Below the pieces are notes generated by a model. The model had not been told where the DNA came from and did not search any database. It saw nothing but the letters and a program-made list of their open reading frames with translations. The position numbers were made by a program, and so were the translations under genes. 64,000 nucleotides of DNA from the human T2T-CHM13v2.0 reference genome, Homo sapiens. Location of the stretch: NCBI RefSeq assembly GCF_009914755.1, contig NC_060926.1. One strand, 5' to 3'. Positions 53,545 to 64,000 of this stretch are shown here, piece after piece (the stretch's first letter is position 1; each line of letters opens with the position of its first letter).

Positions 53545-53900
53545 TGATATTGTACAGCAAATATTTCCAGCTCTCAGTCTTCTGAGCAGATGATAAGATT
53601 GTACTTTCCACCATCTTTGGCCAAATGACTCACTTTGACCAAAGAAATGTGATCAGAAGTGATGCAAATTATTTTCAGGTGAAATCATTTAATAGCCACT
53701 GCTCAACTCCTACTTTTCCTTCCTATTCACTGTGATGGTATGTAGAGATGAAGTCTGAGTCCCTGAATGACTGCAATGTCCAGAGTCTCCTGCTGACCTG
53801 CAAAGTGCATGTAGTTTAAACTAGAAATATACTTTTGATTCTTTGAGCCATTGAGATTTTGGGGTGGTTTGTATACAGCATAACCTGACTTATTCTGACA
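53545..53900 (+). mobile_element. MLT1-type LTR, old
   Basis: ttgaccaaagaaatgtgatcagaagtgatg...agccattgagattttgggg..tacagcataacctgacttattctgac. Confidence 0.75.
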
Positions 53901-53904
53901 AATG

Positions 53905-54605
53905 CACTGGACCTGTACTTTCCAATATGATAGCCACCAGCTATATGTGGCTATTGAGCCCCTGAAGTATGGCATCTTATTTCATTTTCTGTTGCTGTAA
54001 CGGAATACTCAAGACCGAGTAATTTATAGAGAAAAGAAATTTATTTCTCACATTTCTGGAGGCTGGAAAGTCCAAGAGGATGGTACCAGCATCTGATAAG
54101 GGCCTTCTTGCTATGTTATCCTATGGTGGGAGGTAAGCAGGCAAGTGAGTGTGTGTAAAAAGAGAGAGCATGGGGGCCAGGCTCACTTAATAAAAACCTA
54201 GTCTTGCAATAACAAACCCACTCCCATGACAATAGCATTAATCCATTCATGAGAGTGCAGTCCCCATGACCTAATCACCTCTTAAAGGTTCCACCTCTTA
54301 ATACTGTCACAATGGCAATTAAATCTCAATGAGAGTTTTGGAGTGAACATTCAAACCATAGCATGTGGCTAGTCCAAATGGAGATATACTATAAGTGTAA
54401 AACCCATGCTGAATTTTGAAGACTTAGTATGACAAAAAGTATGTGAACTATCTCAATAATTTTTGAATATTAGTTACATGTTGAAATAATATTTTGGATA
54501 TATTAGGTTAAATAAAATATAGTATTACAATTTATTTTACCTGGTGCTTTTTACTTTTAAAAAGTTACACATGGTTTGCATTATCTTTCTGTTAGATAGT
54601 GCTGC
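53905..54605 (+). mobile_element. MER33-like hAT element split by an MST LTR
   Basis: tagccaccagctatatgtggctattgagc | tgtggctagtccaaatggagatatactataagtgtaaaac. Confidence 0.75.
53975..54363 (-). mobile_element. MST (MaLR) solo LTR
   Basis: ttctgttgctgtaacggaatac..tctggaggctggaaagtccaag..cattcaaaccatagca. Confidence 0.88.
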
Positions 54606-57329
54606 ACTGAACTACAAGCTTATTGAAGACAAGAGTTGTATCCGTTTTACCTTTTTTTCCCCCACAACATCCAACAGTGTCTGGGATATGAGATATGCAA
54701 CATTAATGTAGGTTTAATGAACAAACTGTGTCTCCATTTATATGTAGTTTAACATTTAACAAATAATGCCGTTCTCAACATGAAGTTTGTTTGTATTTTT
54801 GTGTTTAATAATTCCTTCTTGTAATTCCGTTAGCTAAAGAATAACTCAAATCTTTTTCAATCATCAGATAATTGAATATCATATTTTGATGTTATGTTTA
54901 TGCTATAATAAGAAGGCTGGGGTTATGCCCATTAAATACTTCTCCTGATGAAATTTTTTAGCAAGGTCACTCCTTATGGCTAACATTTTCTTATCTTTGT
55001 AAAAATAACAAAGAAGTCCCTGTTTGTTCAGTCATAGTTGTGACTTTTATTTCTTTTCCAATATCTGCCACTTAGGATATTTATTAAATTAGGCCCCTTT
55101 GCATGGGGCCTTGTGCTACAAACCAAAAGGAAACAGAAAAAGAGAAATGGAGCTGCCATGAAGTCCTTCTGCAGCATCAGCTGTGGGGACTGCACATGTG
55201 AGGAAGCAGTTCTTTGGATTTTTAGATGAGTGAGACAGAAAGTAAAATAGGTGGTAAAAAGAGTCACTGAAAGGAACAACATACCTTAACAAATAAAGGG
55301 TGGGGGAAACACAAAGTACCAAATAGGCTGGAAAACATCTTAAGCACTTAATAAATTATAGCTATTGCCATGAAAGTGTACGAACCCAGAAGGAGTTATG
55401 GACGGATGCATACTAGGCTGTTCCATTGGCTAAGGAGCGGCAGGGGAGGTGACACAGGGGAAGGGGAAGATAGATACTCTCATCAAAAGACCATAGAATT
55501 AGCAAAAACTTGTCCACAAACCAACTTATATACTATTCCATGTGCATAAAATCACATATTATGTGTATGTGCATAGAAAGATATTACAACAGTGGTTACC
55601 AAACTGTAGTGATTCTTTCTCTGTATGGTGGCTGAATCTCAGGTGACTTTTACTTTCTTTGTTACACATTTTGAATTTTTCTCCAGATGAGCATGTATCA
55701 TCTGTATACTCAGCAAATAATCTGATCTAGCATTTTTTCATTTATGGGTAACATCAGGACAAAGATTAAGAACCCAACCAAAAATTGTCTATATTATTTG
55801 CATTCTGTTGAATGCTAATTTTTAAAATAAAACTGTCAAATTATTATAAATATAAAAGTAATCAGAAGTATACTGCCAGTACATGCATTTTGGTTATCAC
55901 AGAATATTTAAAATGTACATGTTTATAGGCCTAGTATCCTCCTCCCTGGGTTAGGCTCCAGTTGATTTTCTAAATGACACAGGGAAGTAGCTGATTCAGG
56001 TCATGGTGGCATCTTATCTGAAAGTGAACATTTCTTCAGAAATAAAAAATGCTTTTGTAAGATTATAGAAGATTTGGGAATTATGCCATGAGGGCACATG
56101 CTGAGTAATATGTTTTTGAGGCAGGCTGCCAAGTTTCGTCAAAGAAAGGCAAGTACAGGGTTTGTTTTGCAATGTCTGGAAAACTTGGAACTCTAATTTC
56201 TTGGAAAATCTTTCCAAAATAAATTCAGTATGAAGGCATTCTACCTCAACAAATTACATGTAGCAAGAGGAAAGGAAAAACAAAGTGTAACAAGATGTGA
56301 GATGAGAAAAGGAGATTTTTTTTCCCCAAGAGATGCGACCTTGTTGAGTTCAATTACATGTCTGACAGCATCAGAGAAAACATCCTCGTAATGTTAATTT
56401 TACTCAAACTCCTGAGTGTGGGTAAAGTAAAGAAATTATCCTTCATCATCAGTTCACTTTTATCCATCTTTAAAAATGTACAAAATATAAGGTGTCATAT
56501 ATCCAAAAATATTCTGAATTGCTGGAGATCTTCAGCAAGCCATTTACATTTTCTGGGTCCATTTTTCTCCTTTGTCTAATCTGGAGGGTTTAGATGTAAA
56601 AAGTGCTATGGTCTCTCCTAGGTTTAATTTTTTTAAGTAAAACAAATTATTATTTTTGACATATTCACATACTCTTTGATATATGTCAGCAAAATTTTTT
56701 CCTTATCAAGGTCTAATTCTTATATGGTGTGAAAAGCACTGTGGTTACTTCATAGACATGATCGAAAACTAGGACCTTCCCCATTGTCCCTTCCAGTTCT
56801 CCATACACTTTGAAGCCTTTGCATGGTTGTCAGAAGGGTTGTAGTGATTGATAAACAGGAAGAATCCAACTGACACAGGTTCTGTATCAATGAGATGGCT
56901 GTGCAGAGCAGGAGACAGCAATATTCTCCCCCTGGCAAGGATAAACTACCCTTGTCCTCAAGTCTTCTTGGAGCTGCCCTGCTGCTGGTGACTCTGCCTA
57001 ATGAGGTGGGAGATCTGCTCAGGTTCTTTAAGAAACACAATCTGGGTCTTCATGAGGCGAGTCCCTACTGTTCCCAGAGGCTCTCAGCCACAGTAGTGCA
57101 TGGAGGTATGAACTAAGAAGCTGTAGAAGGATACAAGTGCACTTTGCTTGGCGACTGCTTACCACCGTCTTTCCTTATGGGCTTGGGAGCTGGTGGAAAC
57201 CAATTCAGCAGATTTTTGAGTGACTTTTGAATTGAAGGTGAATTCTAGGAGATCTGACTGTCCCAAGTAGGATGATACTTTAAGCCTTTCTGATGTGTTT
57301 ACCATAATTCAATTGAAGAACATTTATGT

Positions 57330-58235
57330 ATAGTTTATTCATGAATCCTACATTTATTGAGTGCCTGCCCTATGCCATTTTGGTGGGGAGAAGTATAAAA
57401 ATAATAAAAAAGTATAATTTAGTACAGAATGACTAGGTACTAATTAAAATTGAGACAGACTCATAGAGGAGGTAACATTTCACTCTTAGTGAAAAGAAGA
57501 GCAAGCCATGAAAAGGTTTGATGTCAGGATATTCCAGGAGAGGGATTGGCAAGGGAATGGTGGGGAGGAGCTTCACATGTTCAGGGAAAAGGAAGAAGTC
57601 CAGTGTGGCCGGAGTACATGAGCAAAGGGGAGCATGACAGGAGTTGAGGTCAGGGAGGTGGGCAGGCGTGAGGTCAAGTGGGCCTTGCAGGCCATGGGGA
57701 AAAATTTGGATTTTATTGTAAGAGCAGTTAACCATTAGAGGGTTTAAACAAGAGAATGATAGGCCCTGATTTGTATACTCTTCTTGGTTCCTCTGGCTGC
57801 TAGGTGAAGAATGGATAGTGGAGGAGTAGAGAGAATAGGGAATTAGTTATCTAGTCATCCAACTGAGATGTGATGGTGACTCAGACAAGGTTAGTGGCAG
57901 TGGAGAAGGAGAGAAGTGTCATGGCTTTGGGATGTATTTCAGAGTAGAGCTCACAGGACTTGCTGATGGCTGCCTGTAAGAGAATAAGAAAAGGCATAAA
58001 TCAAGGAGGATTCCTATGTGTTGGACTTGGAAAAACTGGGTGTATGGTAGGGCTATTTATGAGGAGGGAGAGACCTGGGGAGGAACTGGTTTGGAGACTT
58101 ACCAAGAGTTCTGATTTTGCCATATTAAGTTTGGGTGGCCTAATAGATATTGAAGGAAAGATATCAGACAGGCAGCTTGAATTGCTATGGAAAGTCCTGG
58201 GCTGGAGATTTCAATTTGGGAACCATTGGCATGGA
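57330..58235 (-). mobile_element. L2
   Basis: catttattgagtgcctgcc..aagaagtccagtgtggccggag..acaggacttgctgatgg. Confidence 0.85.
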
Positions 58236-58767
58236 TCTGATGTGAATTGTGAAAAGATAAGTAAAAGTTTAAACCAGTCCTGTAATTCATCTTGAGCATG
58301 TGCTACTTTCAGTCAGGAAAAAAAAGAAACCCTCCTTTATGAAATGATATGGTAATTATTGCTTACTACTTAGAGTCTTTGTAGCAGTTGATTTTCAGGC
58401 AATTAGAATAACCACATCACTTTTATCTGATAATTAGAGCTAATTTGCAAGTACTGATGATAGGCTCATTCACTGAATAAACAAAATGCAGAGCACAAAG
58501 TTTGTTTCTACAGCCATATATGTGAAGTTCCTCTTCAGGTCTTTTGCACCACAGGGCTGCTGAATTAGTGCAGAGTTTAATTCAGAATTTTCACTCTTGT
58601 TCATTGCTAAGCTCATGGCTTTATTCTGTAATGGTATTGTGTACTTTGGGAAGAATGCCGTTGGGGGAAATTCTGACCCCTTCTCCCAATCTCAGCTGCG
58701 CTGTCAGAAGCTGTTTGCCCTGACAGGCCTGGGAGCTTGGAAGCTAGCTATAGTAAGAGTGATGCTT

Positions 58768-59086
<319 letters not shown>

Positions 59087-59094
59087 TGATGCTT

Positions 59095-59310
59095 CACATT
59101 ATTGAGTGTCCACGAAATGCTTATGACAATGCCAGTTGTTTTGCATAGATTATCTCTAAATTATATTAAAACCCCTGCAAGGTAAGTATTTTTATTTCCA
59201 TTTTAATGATGAGGAAACAGAAGCTTAAGGTGACATGGCTAGTAAATTACAAAATCAGGCCTAGGGTCTGCTTGCTTCTGAAAGCATCTACAATTTTCAT
59301 TCTGCCAGGC
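59095..59310 (-). mobile_element. MIR
   Basis: ccattttaatgatgaggaaacagaagctt. Confidence 0.7.
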
Positions 59311-59439
59311 TGTTAAACTGCCAAAATTTGCCTTAGTTTATTCTTCCAGTCCTGCTTTCTCCTATCAACTCTTATGTCTTTCCAGCCAAAAACCCAATTG
59401 GCTATCATCTACATTTCTGTCTTTAAAAATCATCCCTAA

Positions 59440-59770
59440 GGGCCAGGCACCCCTGCAATCCCAGTACTTTGGGAGGCCTAGGTGGGAAGATTGCTTGAGG
59501 CCAGGAGTTCGAGACCAGTCTGTGCAACAGAGTGAGACCCCCCCCATCTCTAAAAATACTTAAAAATTAGCTGGATGTGGTGGCACATGCCTATAGTTCC
59601 AGCTACTCAGGAGGCTGAGGCAGGAGGATTGCTTGAGCCCAGGTCATCAAGGCTGCAGTGAGCTATATTTGTGCCACTGAACTCCAGCCTGGCAGCCTGG
59701 GTAACACAGCGAGGCTCTTTTCACCCCCATCCAACAACAACAACAACGACAACAGAAAAAACAGAAAAAA
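59440..59770 (+). mobile_element. AluJ with (CAA)n tail
   Basis: gattgcttgaggccaggagttcgagacc...gcttgagcccagg. Confidence 0.9.
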
Positions 59771-60339
59771 GTCCCCTGAAGTATACACACCCCTACCCCG
59801 CCTCTTACGCCTCTGGTTTCTGTCTAAATATTTCAGCCCCATCCTCAAATTCATACCTTTCTTCTCCCCAACCATACCTTCCTAGTACACTCTAGGATTC
59901 TATTACTTACACAGACCTCTCATTCTTTAACTTTTCCCTTAATATTTCCCTACACTCTTGCCAAAACTCACTCTTGGCCTTATTCTAAATTACAAGTTCC
60001 TGAGCCACATTCTTCACTCGTCGTCATTTCTTTCAATTTTCTGGCTCTCAGAGTGAGGAGCAGGAGCCAGAGAATTTCCTGCTTCCCACCAGCACATCCA
60101 GTCTATTGCTTGTTCATTGCCTCTCAAGAACTTGTGTTGTGAATTCCACTCTATCCTGTGTACCACACTTCTTCCATCTTACATTCAACTCACACCTTCT
60201 GCTCACTTCTCAACCTAGAAGAGTCCACTTTTGCTGACTCTCTCTTTCTTCTATCATCTCATGGAAACTGCTAAACACTTTACCTGGTGTTCCAATCCCT
60301 GGCCTCAGAGATCTTTGGCCTGAGGACATTACGGAACTT

Positions 60340-60656
60340 TCCTTTCCTTTCCCTTTCCCTTCTCTTCCCTTTTTCTTTCTCAGAGTCTCACTCTGTCACC
60401 CAGGAGGGCGTGCAGTGGCATGAACTCGGCTCACTGCAACCTCTGCCTCCTGGATTCCAGTGATTCTCCTGCCTCAGCCTCCTGAGTAGCTGGGATTACA
60501 GGTGTGCACCACCACGCCTGGCTAATTTTTGTATTTTTAGTGGAGATGGGGTTCCACCATGTTGGCTGGGCTAGTCTCGAACTCCTGACCTCGTGATCCA
60601 CCCACCTTGGCCTCCCAAAGTGCTGGGATTACAGGCATGAGCCACTGTGCCCGGCC
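60340..60656 (-). mobile_element. AluS
   Basis: cagagtctcactctgtcacccagg...ctcccaaagtgctgggattacaggcatgagccactgtgcccggcc. Confidence 0.93.
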
Positions 60657-62009
60657 AAAGAACTTTATTTCTAATTCACTCTTGCTCCTTATAGGCACAA
60701 CCACACTTCAGACCTGCTTGACATTTGAAACTGCCCCTTATCTGAAATGATCTTCTCGGATGATACCCAGTTATAGTTCTGCCTCTTTGCAATCTTCTCT
60801 TGGGCTGAATCTTGGCTTTATTCTCAGTGTAACAGCTTCTTGCCTCATCCATTGCCTTGACATGCCACACTGGCCTCACCTGCCTCTCTACTCATGTGGA
60901 CCGTTTGGTCTGCCATTTGAGCTCAGTTTTTGATAGTTCCATGGACTTCAGGCTCTGATCCTATTTTACTTGCTCTGCAAATCTCCAATTCTAGGTATCA
61001 CCATCTGATTTCTCTCCGCCTCCTCTTGTATTACTGAGTACAAAAAAAGGACATGAATCTTGATTTTTGTTAACAATAAGGAAAATCTGCTATAACGTTT
61101 TAGCATGTAACTCACAGTCAGTCCCATGATTGGTTAATTTAGCGATCCAATAACATCATCAAAGACCTTGGATCTTCCCATTTCCCCCCGCCCCCTCACC
61201 TAACCCCCTGTTGTCCTATTAGGACAGCTTCAGTCTCTAGCTAGCCACCAGCTGCTGCATTTCCAGGGGCCGTGCAGAGACCAGACTCAGCAGAAAAATT
61301 GGTTTGATTGGTTTTACCACAAATATCAACCCACAATTAGAACCTCTTCTGGCTTCATTGCAGTCTCATTACAAATTTGCTCCTACTTGTGTTTCTCACT
61401 GGAACTATTCTGAGCTTTTTCCAATTCCAATCTTATCAAGCCCCACCTACTTGTTTCTTTTTTTGTTTCAAAAGTGTCTTCCATATCTGTTCCTATTGCC
61501 CCTACCCTAACTTGCACCCAACAATTGTTTACCTTGCCCCCATCCATTCATTCCCCTGTCCCTTTCCTGCCAGGTTACTGTTCCTGAAGCTGGCGCTGAG
61601 TGTGGCACTTTTTTGTTCACTCTGCCTCTAGTGGGTCCCTGAAGTTCAGATGGCTTATTGTAGCATTTGGGATCCATTAAGACCTGGCCCTGGACTACAT
61701 TCTCAGTTTTAATTTCCATTATTTCTATTTATGTACCCCATAAGCCAATCAAAATGGAAATCCCTGGCTATTCTTTTACTGCTCCCCAGATTTTCCCACC
61801 TCTGTCTTTGTTCTCTTTCTCTGAAGAGGACTACCCCTCAACTCTGCAAGTGAAATTACTGCACACTTTAAGGTCTAACTCCGGTGGCACTTCTTTTAAA
61901 AGCTTTCCTGGCCTCTCTCATCCTCAGCAAGAAATTATAGTCTTTTCCGAATTTTGTAGTAGATTATCTTAGGTTACTTGTTAACTCTGTATGATATTTT
62001 TTATTGTAG

Positions 62010-62910
62010 AGTAAATCCGCACTTTGTTCATATGTTCTTGGAAACTGTGAAGTTAAGTGAAACCAATTTTACCATAGGCTGATTGATATAAAAAGTTAAG
62101 TTCAGGCCGGGTGTGGTGGCTCACGCCTGTAATCCCAGAACTTTGGGAGGCCGAGGCGGGCAGATCATGAGGTCAGGAGATAGAGACCATCCTGGCTAAC
62201 ACGGTGAAACCCCGTCTCTACTAAAAATACAAAAAGATTGGCCGGGCGTGGTGGTGGGCGCCTGTAGTCCCAGCTACTCGGGAGGCTGAGGCAGGAGAAT
62301 GGCGTGAACCCGGGAGGCAGAGCTTGCAAGTGAGCCGAGATGGCGGCACTGCACTCCAGCCTGGTCGACAGAGGGAGACTCCGTCTCAAAAAAACAAAAA
62401 CAAAGCAAACAAACAAAAAAAGAGTTAAGTTCCTAAGGCATATTTCTGGCCACAAAAACATCACCAAAACTCGAAATAAGACAAAACACTTCTAACATTA
62501 AACATTAAAATAAATGTAAGCTATACATACATTTAAGAAAGATGAATAAAAACAAGTAAGATAATTATTTAGACACTTCTTCCAAATCAGAGTTGTGAGT
62601 GATCAGAGCCTATTCTGGCAGCTCAGCGTAGCTCAGGGCACAAGGTGGGAACCAACCCTGGCCAGGAGCCATTCCCTCCCAGGGTGCACTCAGACACACA
62701 CCCACACTCACTCAGACTGGCACCATGCAGACACGCCAGTTCACCGAAGATGCACGTTTTTGGGATGTGGGAGGAAACTGGAATAAGGGGAGAAAACCCA
62801 TGCAGATATGGGGAGAACCTGCAACTCCACACAGACAATGGCCTTGTCTGGGAATCGGTTTTTGTTCTCATCAACATAATAACAGAGTGACGCTATTCAA
62901 GGACCTGCTG
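62010..62910 (-). mobile_element. MER6/MER6A TcMar-Tigger element split by AluY
   Basis: End gacgctattcaaggacctgctg-ta; internal gggatgtgggaggaaactgga..aaaacccatgcagat. Confidence 0.75.
62105..62422 (+). mobile_element. AluY with TSD
   Basis: gaccatcctggctaacacggtg, gaatggcgtgaacccggg; TSD agttaagttc (62094-103, 62423-32). Confidence 0.95.
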
Positions 62911-63319
62911 TACATCCACTGTGGATTGCTCTGTAGGCCCAGTTTTCTTAGTTTCCACTAATATCATTTGAACAATTTTTCAGTTGCTTGGTGTTTGATT
63001 GTTTTAGTTGTTTAGACTTTTTTCCATTTTCCTGACCTATGATCTCACGAAAGCTAATAGTATCTGTTATGGACTTAGAGGACATCCGGCTTCTGAGGCC
63101 CTTTGGGACTGTACATGATTTTGCTTGGAAAAAGCCCAAATACTGTAACTAAAATTGTTCCCGTGGTTATTTTGTCCAATTGATATGAGGTTGTTTTTGT
63201 CTTTTTGGTTTTGATGCAGTGTTTTGGTAGAAAAACATAGCAAACAAGATTTTACTAATATCACTAAGTTAACTTTGAGGTACCCAGTTGTTGCTAACGT
63301 AGTTCTCTACATCACCAAA

Positions 63320-63830
63320 TATTACTGATCCCACCATTACAAGACCTCTGAAATCTATCCCTTTCTCTCCCTTCACACTGTAGGGGCCGGATTTCTGACC
63401 CTCACCACCTCTCTGCCACCAGCTTCATCCTACTGCTATCTGTCTGCAGAAGAATCATCTCTGGTGGGGCCACTTCTCTGCTTACGCACATTTTCTGATT
63501 TCCTATTGCTTCCAGAATTAAGTCCAAGTCCATTTGTGGGACCTCTGAGTCCCTTTAGATTCAAATCCCAGTTGCCTTCCCCAGGTTCATCTCTTGTCAC
63601 TTGCTTAGCTGTGTCTCCTGTCCCCAGCCACATTGAGATTTTCACTACTCCCAGAAAGACCCATGTTCTTCTGGGGCTTGAAAGATCCCTCTAATTTCTT
63701 CCCCTGACCCATTCCCATTCATTATTTAATAAAAACTCAAGTATTACCTCATCTGTGGTGCCTTTCCCTACTTCCTCAGAGAGCAGCCCCCTTTCTGTGT
63801 TCCTATACCATTCATTCACTCATTCACATA
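63320..63830 (+). mobile_element. L2 fragment
   Basis: aaatctatccctttctctcc, agaattaagtccaagtcc, actcaagtattacctcatctgtg. Confidence 0.6.
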
Positions 63831-64000
63831 TTGAAATCCAGGTAGTTAAAAAGTGCTGGGAATTAAGTGACCTAGAAACCTTAGTCCCTGGACTGTAAGG
63901 GGCTGTATAGGGATGTAAAAAAGAAAATGACAACATTGAGGGCAGGGAGGGGACCAAATTAGAGAGACTCCATGCATTAGAACAAACTCGAGGAGTTAGT

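Noticed and set aside
56750-57116. ORF with a signal-peptide-like LLGAALLLVTLP stretch
   Set aside because: Short, with no recognisable homology and no convincing splice context.
59683-59700. Short duplication cagcctggcagcctgg in an Alu, recalling the Yb8 insertion
   Set aside because: Different sequence in an old AluJ background; a private slippage event.

Overview
Human genomic DNA (AluYb8 and a young SVA point to Homo sapiens). It is AT-rich, intronic or intergenic, and dominated by transposon relics: old L1M/L1PA fragments, L2, MIR, Alus, MaLR/ERVL LTRs and MER DNA transposons. I found no convincing protein-coding gene, and the ORF track is explained by repeats or chance. I see no evidence of a wholly new biological system. 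The notable signals are retrotransposition and rearrangement footprints: a full-length SVA carrying a 128-bp 5' transduction inside its TSDs, a tailless 5S rRNA retro-fragment with TSDs, a 94-bp near-perfect non-tandem duplication, an L1 nested in a homologous L1 3' end, an L1MA with its 5'UTR fused to ORF2, and an AluYb8. There is also a candidate E-box/GATA enhancer and a candidate minus-strand exon. Repeat subfamily names are from memory of consensus sequences, and old-repeat boundaries are approximate.
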